Shown here piece after piece: positions 1 through 9,553 of a stretch of DNA of 64,000 nucleotides. Numbering within the stretch: position 1 is the stretch's first letter; each line of letters begins with the position of its first letter. Where the stretch lies: assembly GCA_016286445.1 (NCBI GenBank), contig JAEESS010000001.1:35736-99735 (forward strand), read 5' to 3'. The position numbers and the translations under genes were made by a program. A model generated the notes under the pieces. That model worked only from the letters and a program-made list of their open reading frames with translations. It had not been told where the DNA came from and did no database searches. This DNA is from Bacillota bacterium. Its GTDB lineage: Bacteria; Bacillota; Clostridia; Christensenellales; CAG-138.

Positions 1-22
1 AGATATCATTCGGTTCCGATTT

Positions 23-99
23 CTGGGTGTAGCGCAGTTTGGTAGCGTGCTTGAATGGGGTTCAAGAGGCCGAGAGTTCAAATCTCTCCACCCAGACCA
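23..99 (+). tRNA. tRNA-Pro(GGG)
   Basis: Cloverleaf: acceptor CTGGGTG/CACCCAG, anticodon stem CTTGA/TCAAG with loop ATGGGGT (anticodon GGG), T-arm GAGAG-TTCAAAT-CTCTC, encoded CCA. Confidence 0.96.
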
Positions 100-104
100 T
101 ACCG

Positions 105-138
105 ATACCGCAGGCAGTTTCGCCTGCGGTATTTGTTT
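105..138 (+). terminator. Intrinsic terminator after tRNA-Pro
   Basis: ATACCGCAGGC/GCCTGCGGTAT stem followed by T-rich tract. Confidence 0.7.
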
Positions 139-248
139 GCACCGAAACGGGACAGGCAAAGCATTATATATGATTTTTTCTTGCATAATTTGTAGATTCG
201 ACAATCATTTCGTGATAGAATACAGAAAAAAAGAATCGGGAGGCAATT

Positions 249-1634
249 ATGGAACGAACCGTTGCATGGAACACCTACAACAAGACCGAGCTCAGAAAGC
301 TCGAAACCGTTTCAAAAGAGTACCGCGCATTTCTGGATGCAGGCAAAACGGAACGCGAATGCGTGATCGGCGCGATCGAACGCGCAAAAGCGGCAGGCTA
401 CCGCGATCTGAAAGAGATCCTCGCGGGAAACGGCAAGCTGAAAGCGGGCGATCGTGTTTATGCGGACTGCATGGGAAAAGCGATCATGCTGTTCATCATC
501 GGCAAAAAGCCGATGGAGAAAGGATTCAATATCATCGGTGCGCACATCGATTCGCCGCGCATGGATCTGAAGCAGAATCCGCTCTATGAAGACACGGGGC
601 TTGCTTATCTGGATACGCATTATTACGGCGGCATCAAAAAATATCAGTGGGTCACGATTCCGCTTGCGCTGCACGGCGTCGTTGCAAAGAAGGACGGAAC
701 GCTTGTCAACGTTGTGATCGGCGAGGACGAGAACGATCCGGTCGTCGGCATTTCCGATCTTCTGATCCATCTGTCCGCCGAGCAGATGCAGAAGAAAGCG
801 GCAGAAGTGATCGGCGGCGAAGACCTGAACGTCATCATCGGCGGATTGCCTCTGAAAGACGAAGAGAAAGAGCCTGTCAAGGCGAATATGCTGAAGATCC
901 TCAAGGATAAATACGGCATGGAGGAAGAGGACTTCCTTTCCGCGGAGATCGAGGTCGTTCCTGCGGGCAAGTCGCGCGAGCTCGGTCTGGATCGCAGCAT
1001 GATTCTGGGTTACGGTCACGACGACCGCGTCTGCGCGTTTGCGCAGATCAAGGCGATGATGGACATCAAGAATACGCCGGACATGACCTGCTGCTGCATT
1101 CTTGCCGACAAGGAAGAAATCGGCTCCGTCGGCGCGACCGGCATGCACGCGAAATACTTCGAGAACACGGTTGCGGAGATCATGAATCTGATCGGCGACT
1201 ATTCCGAGCTGAAACTTCGCCGCGCAATGACGAATGCGCATATGCTGTCCTGCGACGTCAGCGCCGGGTACGATCCCAACTTTGCGGGCGTATTTGAAAA
1301 GAAAAACAGCGCGTTCCTCGGCAGGGGCGTCTGCTTCAACAAATATACCGGCGCGCGCGGCAAGAGCGGCTCCAACGATGCGAATGCCGAGTATATGGCG
1401 AAGCTCCGCAAATGGATGGAGGACGCAAAGGTCAATTATCAGACCGCAGAGCTCGGCAGAGTCGATGCGGGCGGCGGCGGAACGATCGCCTATATCTGTG
1501 CGGAATACGGCATGGAAGTCATCGACAGCGGCGTTGCCGTCCTTTCGATGCATGCGCCGTGGGAGATCATCTCCAAAGCGGACCTGTATGAGGCATTCAA
1601 AGCATACCGTGCATTCCTTTTGAAGGCGGAATAA
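249..1634 (+). CDS. M18 family aminopeptidase
   Basis: AHIDSPRMDLK, THYYGGIKKYQW, GHDDRVC, DKEEIGS, LSMHAPWE motifs; GGGAGG RBS. Confidence 0.93.
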   Translation: MERTVAWNTYNKTELRKLETVSKEYRAFLDAGKTERECVIGAIERAKAAGYRDLKEILAGNGKLKAGDRVYADCMGKAIMLFIIGKKPMEKGFNIIGAHIDSPRMDLKQNPLYEDTGLAYLDTHYYGGIKKYQWVTIPLALHGVVAKKDGTLVNVVIGEDENDPVVGISDLLIHLSAEQMQKKAAEVIGGEDLNVIIGGLPLKDEEKEPVKANMLKILKDKYGMEEEDFLSAEIEVVPAGKSRELGLDRSMILGYGHDDRVCAFAQIKAMMDIKNTPDMTCCCILADKEEIGSVGATGMHAKYFENTVAEIMNLIGDYSELKLRRAMTNAHMLSCDVSAGYDPNFAGVFEKKNSAFLGRGVCFNKYTGARGKSGSNDANAEYMAKLRKWMEDAKVNYQTAELGRVDAGGGGTIAYICAEYGMEVIDSGVAVLSMHAPWEIISKADLYEAFKAYRAFLLKAE

Positions 1635-1653
1635 TCGGACGATTCGGAACATG

Positions 1654-1680
1654 CCGGGGGAGCGATCCCCCGGTTTTTTT
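1654..1680 (+). terminator. Intrinsic terminator
   Basis: CCGGGGGA-gcga-TCCCCCGG followed by T8. Confidence 0.85.
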
Positions 1681-1722
1681 GCGCAGTGGACAAGTCGGCG
1701 GAAATGATGTATACTATCATAA

Positions 1723-3396
1723 ATGAGGATGTATAGGATGCAGCATACGATACGAAGGACAATTGCATTATGGACAGCGGCTGTTTTTCTGCTCGGGTTC
1801 GGAACTGCATGCGGAACCGATCCGTCGGAGCAAGCCGCACAAACGCCGACGCCCGCAGCGCAGATAATCAGCTCCGCCGCGCCGATTGAGGATACGGTCG
1901 TGTCTGCAAAGGAAACGGAAACACCGGCTGCGGATGATATCATCGCAACGCCGACGCCGACGAGTACGCCTGAACCGACCGATACGCCGGCGCCGACGCC
2001 GACTGCGACGCCGGTCCCGAATCCGTATGTGGGCGTTTGGACGATCGAGGACATGCCGTTCTCTTTGGAGCTGCGCGACGACAATACATATCTGATCACG
2101 GTTTCCGATCGGGAACGGGAAGGCGCTTACACGTTCGGTACGAACTCCGTCACGCTTACCGGCGCGAACGGCGATTCCGTTGAGCTGCATTATTATTCCA
2201 AGGCGGATACGCTGAAGATCGACGATTTTAAGCTGATCCGCGACGATCTTGTCTTTTTCTATGATATCAGCTGCATTCCCGTATCGTTTCAAAATGAAAA
2301 TGACGATGTAGCGGTGACCGTTCGCGGGTCTGTCGTTAAAGCGGAAGCCAAAAACGGGAAACAGATCCGATCCTATTGCTTTACGGGCGCGGGACTCACG
2401 CCGCCGGAACAATCAAGAGACTGGTTTGATACGGATGACCGCGGAGAAGATCTGAATCGGGTCCGGGTGTTCAAATACGACGGCGCCTATACCCTGTGGA
2501 CGATCGATACAGACGGGGAACCGCTCACACCGATCGAGGTGACAGTTGCATCGGGCACTCGGTATACGATCGGGTCGGAAGGGATCGATTTCCTGCGAAA
2601 ACCGCTCAGAGCATTCCTTCGCGAAAGAGATACCGGCACGGATGAATTGAACCGTTCCATGTGCCGGGAAGTACTCGCAGCGGGGCTGTACACGCGCGCA
2701 GGCGCAGTGACGGCGGGCGTGTCGCTTCTTTCGGCTCTGTCAAAGTACGGTTATTCCGTCGGGCGGCAGGAGAACGGAACCTATCAGGCGGCACAGGAAT
2801 GGGGCGTGAACCCGCTGTGGGGGTATGAACTGTCCGCCCCGGAAGCGGATGAGGATGAGGAAGAGGAAGAAGCGGCTGAAGAAGAATCCGACCTTATCGT
2901 CACCTCCGAGTTTTATGCCGGACTTGGGAGCGCCGCAAGTATCATTTGGGCATACAGACAGGCGGGACTCAACTTATGCGCCGACGTGTATACACCGATC
3001 ACCGCGCTCGGCGAGCGGGAGGATGTTCACGACAACAGGATCGACGCGGATCGTGCCGAATCCGGGGATATCCTTGAAAACGACGGAGAATACGGCATGG
3101 TCGTCGATCGTCTTGATCAAAATGGTGACGGTGCGGACGATGCGTATCTTCTGTACGAAATGGGCAAAGAACTGCTGACCGTGCAGATTCTGCCGTTCAA
3201 ACAAGCGCAGGCGTGGACAGCATATTCCATGGATGCGTTCTTCGACGGCAGGGGAAGAAACGTTGACCGCATCATTTACTGGGAAAACACGTTTCAAATC
3301 CCGAAGGAAGAGCTGCCGCTGTATGTGCTGGAAACGATCGATTCGGAAGAGACGCAGCTGAACTTCATGCAATTGATCGGGAAGCTCGGCTTCTGA
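1723..3396 (+). CDS. Lipoprotein with Pro/Thr linker and degenerate NlpC/P60-like C-terminal region (start 1723 or 1738)
   Basis: Signal peptide with lipobox FGTAC, TPTPT/PEPT repeats, acidic run, GLGSAASIIWAYRQAGLN and GDIL..DGEYGMVV segments; TGGACA-17-TATACT promoter upstream. Confidence 0.7.
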   Translation: MRMYRMQHTIRRTIALWTAAVFLLGFGTACGTDPSEQAAQTPTPAAQIISSAAPIEDTVVSAKETETPAADDIIATPTPTSTPEPTDTPAPTPTATPVPNPYVGVWTIEDMPFSLELRDDNTYLITVSDREREGAYTFGTNSVTLTGANGDSVELHYYSKADTLKIDDFKLIRDDLVFFYDISCIPVSFQNENDDVAVTVRGSVVKAEAKNGKQIRSYCFTGAGLTPPEQSRDWFDTDDRGEDLNRVRVFKYDGAYTLWTIDTDGEPLTPIEVTVASGTRYTIGSEGIDFLRKPLRAFLRERDTGTDELNRSMCREVLAAGLYTRAGAVTAGVSLLSALSKYGYSVGRQENGTYQAAQEWGVNPLWGYELSAPEADEDEEEEEAAEEESDLIVTSEFYAGLGSAASIIWAYRQAGLNLCADVYTPITALGEREDVHDNRIDADRAESGDILENDGEYGMVVDRLDQNGDGADDAYLLYEMGKELLTVQILPFKQAQAWTAYSMDAFFDGRGRNVDRIIYWENTFQIPKEELPLYVLETIDSEETQLNFMQLIGKLGF

Positions 3397-3509
3397 AAAC
3401 ACAAACGCGGGGCTTTTGCATGGCATAGGTGTATGGAAAAGCAAAACGAATCGGGCTTGCATGATGCGTCCGATTGAGATATAATAAAACAAAAAACGGA
3501 GGTGCAGAT

Positions 3510-3920
3510 TTGATTCAGCTCATTTTCGGCGAAAAAGGATCGGGGAAGACCAAGAAGATTCTCGAAATTGCCAATCAGGCTGCGGAGCAGGCGAAGGGAA
3601 GCGTAGTGTTTATCGATGAAGACGAACGGTACATGTTCGATCTCAATCTGTCCGTTCGATTTATCAACGCAACGGAATATGCTTTGTCCGGACCGAAGAT
3701 GTTTTACGGTTTCCTTTGCGGGATCGCCGCATCGGATCATGACCTGGAGTGTATCGTGATCGACAGCTTTATGCATTTGATTCATCACGATCTTGAATCG
3801 CTGAAGAAAATGTTCGACTGTATGGAAGAGTTCTCGAATGCGCACGGGATCAAGCTGGTCATATCCCTTTCCTGCGCGCCGGAGCAGCTTCCCGATTTTC
3901 TGAAAGCGTACATTGCATAA
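3510..3920 (+). CDS. Small conserved clostridial P-loop protein of unknown function
   Basis: TTG start after GGAGG; GEKGSGKT Walker A, IVIDSF Walker-B-like. Confidence 0.8.
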   Translation: MIQLIFGEKGSGKTKKILEIANQAAEQAKGSVVFIDEDERYMFDLNLSVRFINATEYALSGPKMFYGFLCGIAASDHDLECIVIDSFMHLIHHDLESLKKMFDCMEEFSNAHGIKLVISLSCAPEQLPDFLKAYIA

Positions 3921-3943
3921 CGAAAACGACGACACGGAACTCT

Positions 3944-3984
3944 GAGCTGTGATGGGGAAGGGATCCTGCATCACAGCTCTTTTT
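3944..3984 (+). terminator. Intrinsic terminator
   Basis: GAGCTGTGATG/CATCACAGCTC stem followed by T run. Confidence 0.7.
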
Positions 3985-4007
3985 ACACAAAGAGGATCAG
4001 CAATACT

Positions 4008-5249
4008 ATGGAACAAGTCAATCTTACCCAAGCTGCGGAAACAAAACGAAAAACACAAAAATCCGGAAAGCATCTGCTTTTGGGATGCGCCTTTTTGCTT
4101 GCGGTCATCCTTACGGCAAGCATTGCCTTCGCGGCAGCGTGGTTCGCAGCCAAAGCGAAGTATTCCTCCGGGAACGGACACCTGGTCGAATCGATCCGTC
4201 AGGCGAGGGAAATCATTCACGACAATTTCTTCTACTACGACGAAGAACAGGAAAAAGACCTTGCCGACGCGGCGCTGAAGGCGATCGCTTCGGCGACCGG
4301 CGATCTGTACGCGGAATACTACACCAAAGAAGAATACGACGAACTGATAAAGCAGAATCAGCGAACATTTGTCGGCGTCGGCATTCTGACACAGATCAAC
4401 GAAGACGGAGTCGTCCAGATCCTCGACGTCTACGACGATACGCCCGCAAGCGAAGCCGGTCTTCTGCCCGGAGATATCCTGCTGGAGATCAACGGCGTCG
4501 CGTTTGACGGCGTGATGACGCTTTCCGAGTTTCTCGACAATGTCTGTGCGGAGGACGGAGCATCCAACTCTTTCGTGATAGGACGCGGAGAAGAAAAGCT
4601 GTCCTTCGACATCATCGTTCGCGAAGTACATACGCCGGCGGTCAGCTCCCGCATGCTCACGGATTCGATCGGATACATCCATGTACTGTCGTTCCACGGC
4701 ACCTGCGTCGACGAAACCAAGGAAGCCATGAAAACCCTGCGTGAAGCCGGCATGCAGACGCTCGTGCTGGATCTGAGAGACAATCTCGGCGGTTCTTTGT
4801 ACGACGCGGTGGATATTGCCGATATCTTTCTTCCGAAGAATTATATCGTGACGACGCTCCGCGCAAGAGACGGCAAGGTCGTGGAGTATAAAACGCACGA
4901 TGCAGGGACCGATATCCGGATGGCGCTTCTGGTGAACGGGTATTCCGCGTCTGCAAGCGAGCTTGTCGCAGGCGCGCTGAAGGATCACGGAGCGGCATAT
5001 CTGATCGGTACGAAAACATACGGAAAGGGCATTGTGCAAAGCTTCTACGAGATCCCCGAAACCAAGGGCTGGATCAAGATCACAACGGACGCCTATTATA
5101 CGCCGAACGGCGTTTGCGTACAGGACGAGGGGATCACGCCGGACTTGAATGTAGAGCTTTCCGAAGAGGCAAAGAAGTATTCGATCGATTATATCCCGTT
5201 TGAGCTGGATACACAGCTGCAGGCGGCAATTGCATATTTGGAGGATTGA
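4008..5249 (+). CDS. S41 C-terminal processing peptidase (CtpA/Prc family) with PDZ domain
   Basis: N-terminal TM, FVGVGI PDZ loop, LDLRDNLGG, SASASE, TYGKGIVQ. Confidence 0.93.
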   Translation: MEQVNLTQAAETKRKTQKSGKHLLLGCAFLLAVILTASIAFAAAWFAAKAKYSSGNGHLVESIRQAREIIHDNFFYYDEEQEKDLADAALKAIASATGDLYAEYYTKEEYDELIKQNQRTFVGVGILTQINEDGVVQILDVYDDTPASEAGLLPGDILLEINGVAFDGVMTLSEFLDNVCAEDGASNSFVIGRGEEKLSFDIIVREVHTPAVSSRMLTDSIGYIHVLSFHGTCVDETKEAMKTLREAGMQTLVLDLRDNLGGSLYDAVDIADIFLPKNYIVTTLRARDGKVVEYKTHDAGTDIRMALLVNGYSASASELVAGALKDHGAAYLIGTKTYGKGIVQSFYEIPETKGWIKITTDAYYTPNGVCVQDEGITPDLNVELSEEAKKYSIDYIPFELDTQLQAAIAYLED

Positions 5250-5251
5250 TG

Positions 5252-6505
5252 ATGAAACAGAAGAATTACTATATTCTCGATGAATCGCTGTATCCGTCCG
5301 GGCAGGACAAAATCGAATGGGTGCGGCGCAATATGGCGCTTTTGAACGGGATCGAAAAACAGTTCCGAAAAGAGCAGCCGTTCAAGGGGATGCGGATCGC
5401 CTTGTCGGTCCATCTGGAAGCAAAGACTGCGTATCTGTGCGAGGTTCTGAAGGCGGGCGGCGCGGAGATGTATGTCACCGGCAGCAATCCGCTCTCCACG
5501 CAGGACGACGTTGCGGCGGCGCTCGTGAAAGAAGGCATGTCCGTATTCGCCGTGCACGGAGTATCTGCCGATGTATATGAAGAATGTCTCGAAAACGTCC
5601 TTTCTGCGGAGCCTGATCTGATCATCGACGACGGGGGAGACCTCGTTTCCATGCTGCATACAAAGCTTCCGCACCTGATTCCGAAGATCCGCGGCGGCTG
5701 CGAGGAAACCACAACCGGCATCCATCGTCTGTTTGCCATGCAGAGAGACGGATCGCTCCGTTTTCCAATGTTTGACGTCAACGACGCGCAGTGCAAGCAT
5801 TTGTTTGATAACCGGTACGGAACGGGACAGTCCGTGTTCGACGGCATCGATCGAACGACCAACCTGATCGTTGCGGGAAAGACCGTCGTCGTCGCAGGCT
5901 ACGGATGGTGCGGAAAAGGCGTTGCGATGCGTGCAAAGGGGCTCGGCGCACGCGTGATCGTGACAGAGATCGATTCGGTCAAGGCGATCGAAGCGGTCAT
6001 GGACGGATTCACCGTCATGCGCATGGCGGACGCGGCAAAGCTCGGCGATGTATTCGTTACCGTTACCGGCATGCGTGACGTCATCACCGAAGCGCATATG
6101 AAACAAATGAAAAACGGCGTTCTGCTCTGCAATGCGGGACATTTCGACGTCGAGATCGATGTCGCGCGGCTTAAGGAGATCGCAGTCGAATCGCGGCAGA
6201 TGAAGCCGAACATCATGGGATACCGGCTGGAGAACGGAAATTGGCTGTATCTCCTTGCGGAAGGACGGCTTGTGAACCTTGCATCCAGCGACGGACATCC
6301 GGCGGAGATCATGGATATGAGCTTTGCGATCCAGGCGCTTTGCGCAAGAGAACTTGCCGTAAATCCGCCGAAGGAAGCGCGTGTGTACGCGGTCCCGGAC
6401 GAGATCGATGCGTTCGTAGCGCATGAAAAGCTGAAGGGTATCGGCGCGGAAGTGGATGTTTTGACCGATATTCAAAAAGAATATGCAAATTCTTGGAAAG
6501 TTTAG
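5252..6505 (+). CDS. ahcY: Adenosylhomocysteinase
   Basis: SNPLSTQDDVAAAL, DDGGDL, EETTTG, KHLFDNRYGTGQS, GYGWCGKG, AEGRLVNL, GHPAEIMDMSFA. Confidence 0.96.
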   Translation: MKQKNYYILDESLYPSGQDKIEWVRRNMALLNGIEKQFRKEQPFKGMRIALSVHLEAKTAYLCEVLKAGGAEMYVTGSNPLSTQDDVAAALVKEGMSVFAVHGVSADVYEECLENVLSAEPDLIIDDGGDLVSMLHTKLPHLIPKIRGGCEETTTGIHRLFAMQRDGSLRFPMFDVNDAQCKHLFDNRYGTGQSVFDGIDRTTNLIVAGKTVVVAGYGWCGKGVAMRAKGLGARVIVTEIDSVKAIEAVMDGFTVMRMADAAKLGDVFVTVTGMRDVITEAHMKQMKNGVLLCNAGHFDVEIDVARLKEIAVESRQMKPNIMGYRLENGNWLYLLAEGRLVNLASSDGHPAEIMDMSFAIQALCARELAVNPPKEARVYAVPDEIDAFVAHEKLKGIGAEVDVLTDIQKEYANSWKV

Positions 6506-6609
6506 GTTTACAGATTCACTTTTTTGTGTTATAGTTAATTGATTAAATTGGGTTAATCCGTGTAAACGGATTCAATTTTCACCACCAAATTCCAACAGGG
6601 GGAACACAA

Positions 6610-8667
6610 ATGAAACTCTACACCGCGAATGAGATTCGCAACATCGGCGTCTTCGGACACGGCGGCGAGGGCAAAACGACCTTGACGGAGGCCATGCTTT
6701 ACAATGCAGGTCTCGTTGATCGTTTCCCGAACAATGCACCCACGACGGACTTTGACCCGGAAGAGGTCAAGCGTTCCATCTCCATCAACATGGCGCTTGC
6801 GCCCTTGGAATGGAAGAACACCAAGATCAACCTGATCGACGCACCGGGCTTCTTTGATTTTTACGGCGAAGTGGCAGCGGCAATGGCGCTTTGCGATGCG
6901 GCGCTCGTCGTGATCAGCGCGGTATCAGGTCCTGCAGTCGGCGCGGAAAAGACCATGGCAATGTGCAAAGAACAGCACAAAGCCCGCATGATGGTCATCA
7001 ACCAGATGGACCGTGACAATGCAAACTTTGAAAAGACCATGCAGGCCGTGAACGAGAAGTTCGGCGTGAACGTCGTTCCGATCCAGCTTCCGATCATGGA
7101 AGGCGGCGTGTTCAAGGGCTATGTCGATATCGTCAACATGAATGCAAAAATGTTTGACGGCAAGGGCGAAAAGGAAGTCGCGATCCCCGGCAATCTCGAA
7201 GCGGAAGCACAGGAGCTCTATGAGAAGCTCACCGAGGCGGCAGCCGAAGCCGACGAGGATCTCATGATGGAATACCTGGAGACGATGGAGCTTTCCCGCG
7301 AACAGATCCTCATGGGTCTTTCAAAGGGTGTTCTGGACGGCGACATCACGCCCGTCTGCTGCACGTCCGCGCTCAACAATATCGGCGTTACCACGCTGTT
7401 GGAGTACATTCTCCATTATCTGCCCACGGCTGCGGATGCGAAGCTTCCGAAGGCGTATAAGAACGGCGAAGAGATCGAGCTTACGAGAGACGGCAAGATG
7501 GTTTGCCACATCTACAAGACGGTCAACGACCAGTTCGGCAAGTACAGCATCGTGAAGGTCCATCGCGGCACGCTGGACGGCGGCGTTGCGCTTTACAATG
7601 CGAGCCAGGAAAAGAACGAAAAGCCCACGGCGCCCGTGATGCTGCGCGGCAAAAAGTCCATTGCGGTCGATAAGCTGAACGCTGGCGATATCGGCGCGAT
7701 CCCGAAGCTGCAGATCTCCAACACGAACGATACGCTCTGCGACGCGTCCGACCCGGTCACGATCGAGAAGATCGTCTTCCCGGAGCCGTGCATCAGCCTC
7801 GCGGTCACCGCAAAGAAGCAGGGTGAAGAGGACAAGGTCATCGGCGGTCTCAACAAGCTCCTCGAAGAGGACCCGACCATTGCGATCGAAAAGAACGCGG
7901 AAACCGGCGACGTCCTACTGAAGGGTCTCGGCGAGATGCACCTCGATGTTACCTGCGCAAAGATTCGCAACAAGAGCAACGTCGAAGCACAGCTCTCCGA
8001 TCCGCGCATTCCGTACCGTGAGACGATCCGTGCAACGGCGGAAGCGGAAGGCAAACACAAGAAGCAGTCCGGCGGCAGCGGTCAGTTCGGTGTTGTTCAG
8101 ATGCGGTTCGAGCCGGCGCCCGAAGGCGTTGATTTCGAGTTTGTCAATGCGATCGTCGGCGGCGTTGTTCCGAAGGAATACATCCCGGCAGTCGAAAAGG
8201 GGCTGCGCGAAGCCATGCTTCACGGCGTGCTTGCGGGCTATCCGATGGTCGGCATCAAAGCGACGCTGTATGACGGCAAGTATCACCCCGTCGATTCCAA
8301 GGAAGTCGCGTTCAAGAGCGCAGCAAGACTGTCCTATAAGGCAGCCTGCGTCAAGGCGAATCCCGCGCTGACCGAGCCGATCTACACCTACTACATCTGG
8401 GTCCCGAACGATAACGTCGGCGACATCATGGGCGACCTCAGCCGTCGCCGCGGCAGAATGCTCGGCATGACGCCTTCTAACGGCGGCACCGAGATCGTCG
8501 CGGAAGCGCCGCTTTCCGAGATGTTCAAGTATGCGACCGACCTGCGCTCCATGACGCAGGCGCGCGGTTCTTTCCGCAGCGAGTTCACCCGCTATGAGGA
8601 TGTTCCCACCGAGCAGGCGAAGAAGATCATCGAGCAGGCAAAGCGCGAGGACGAGGACGAAGAATAA
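6610..8667 (+). CDS. Elongation factor G paralog (EF-G2-like), outside the str operon
   Basis: GHGGEGKTT, DAPGFFDF, GLGEMHLD, HKKQSGGSGQFG, YHPVDS, LRSMTQARG; non-canonical G2 (RSISI) and G4 (NQMD). Confidence 0.92.
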   Translation: MKLYTANEIRNIGVFGHGGEGKTTLTEAMLYNAGLVDRFPNNAPTTDFDPEEVKRSISINMALAPLEWKNTKINLIDAPGFFDFYGEVAAAMALCDAALVVISAVSGPAVGAEKTMAMCKEQHKARMMVINQMDRDNANFEKTMQAVNEKFGVNVVPIQLPIMEGGVFKGYVDIVNMNAKMFDGKGEKEVAIPGNLEAEAQELYEKLTEAAAEADEDLMMEYLETMELSREQILMGLSKGVLDGDITPVCCTSALNNIGVTTLLEYILHYLPTAADAKLPKAYKNGEEIELTRDGKMVCHIYKTVNDQFGKYSIVKVHRGTLDGGVALYNASQEKNEKPTAPVMLRGKKSIAVDKLNAGDIGAIPKLQISNTNDTLCDASDPVTIEKIVFPEPCISLAVTAKKQGEEDKVIGGLNKLLEEDPTIAIEKNAETGDVLLKGLGEMHLDVTCAKIRNKSNVEAQLSDPRIPYRETIRATAEAEGKHKKQSGGSGQFGVVQMRFEPAPEGVDFEFVNAIVGGVVPKEYIPAVEKGLREAMLHGVLAGYPMVGIKATLYDGKYHPVDSKEVAFKSAARLSYKAACVKANPALTEPIYTYYIWVPNDNVGDIMGDLSRRRGRMLGMTPSNGGTEIVAEAPLSEMFKYATDLRSMTQARGSFRSEFTRYEDVPTEQAKKIIEQAKREDEDEE

Positions 8668-8680
8668 TTCCGAAGGGATA

Positions 8681-8710
8681 CGGGAGCGCATCGTGCGCTC
8701 CCGGTTTTTT
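8681..8710 (+). terminator. Intrinsic terminator after EF-G paralog
   Basis: CGGGAGCGCA-tcg-TGCGCTCCCG then T6. Confidence 0.85.
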
Positions 8711-8712
8711 AT

Positions 8713-9234
8713 ATGGAAAAGCAGTTTACTTGCAGCAAAAATGCGCTGAAGAAAGCGCACATCACCTGTCTGTTCTATTCAATCGGGCTGCCCTTCATTG
8801 CCGTACTGTTTGTTCTTCCGTTTTTCTGGGGCGAACAGAAGAGGTTTTCATGGCATATCATCATCTATGTTTTGCTCGCGGCACTTTTCATTTATCAGGG
8901 ATACCGTTCCTTTCGCGTACTGCGTTCATTGCATCAGTCGCTGTGCCGGACAGACGGTGTAACTGTTTCGGGGATCCATACAAAAGATCCGTTTCAAAAA
9001 GGCATTCCGTTTCAGATCGACAAAACAGAAATTACCAACGTGAAAGAAACGATTGCGGCAACAGTCAAAAAAGAGGACATGGACTATCATCCGCGGACGC
9101 TGCACCGTGCGCCGTTTGAATCGCCGGAGCTTCGCGGATACCGGTCAACCATCATAGAGACCGGGAACGCTTCTTATTTGCTTTTCGGGATCGAACTGAC
9201 AGAAGAATTCAAAAATGCTCTGAAACCTGAATAA
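8713..9234 (+). CDS. Hypothetical membrane protein (2 TM)
   Basis: 173 aa ORF with two hydrophobic segments; no recognisable motif, no clear RBS. Confidence 0.6.
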   Translation: MEKQFTCSKNALKKAHITCLFYSIGLPFIAVLFVLPFFWGEQKRFSWHIIIYVLLAALFIYQGYRSFRVLRSLHQSLCRTDGVTVSGIHTKDPFQKGIPFQIDKTEITNVKETIAATVKKEDMDYHPRTLHRAPFESPELRGYRSTIIETGNASYLLFGIELTEEFKNALKPE

Positions 9235-9242
9235 TACAAAAG

Positions 9243-9265
9243 AAACCGGCGGAAACCGCCGGTTA
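9243..9265. repeat. Left copy of 23 bp direct repeat (terminator hairpin; putative target-site duplication)
   Basis: AAACCGGCGGAAACCGCCGGTTA identical to 11053-11075. Confidence 0.95.
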
Positions 9266-9453
9266 CAGCGTGTCAATAAAACTTTTGACACGCTGAGCAG
9301 GCTGTTGGGAAGGAGGGCAGAAGAGCTATTCTCTAAAGGGTGGTTTTAAACCGCTACTACAGAATAGCTGCGAGATAATCTTTCTGCGGCAAATGAATGA
9401 TAGCAGCTATCGGAAAGGAGCTTTTTTCTCGGCAAGTAAAAAACAAAAAAACG

Positions 9454-9553
9454 TGTCATTCTGAGCTGCAAGGCGAAGAATCTTTGAACGCAAGATCGAA
9501 TACATCATAGTTTCACGCTGAGATCCTTCCTCGCTTCGCTCCTCAGGATGACA
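9454..9553. repeat. REP-like palindromic element (GTCATTCTGAG...CTCAGGATGAC type)
   Basis: TGTCATTCTGAG..GCGAAGAATCT arm and AGATCCTTC..CTCAGGATGACA arm in inverted orientation. Confidence 0.75.

Noticed and set aside
197-203. TTCGACA Spo0A-box match upstream of the aminopeptidase
   Set aside because: Single 7-mer expected by chance; no supporting context.
47-589. 180 aa ORF starting inside the tRNA
   Set aside because: Overlaps tRNA-Pro and the aminopeptidase in another frame.
1945-2020. Short tandem ACGCCG repeats as a CRISPR or VNTR
   Set aside because: Encode the Pro/Thr linker of the lipoprotein; no repeat-spacer structure. No CRISPR array seen anywhere in the window.
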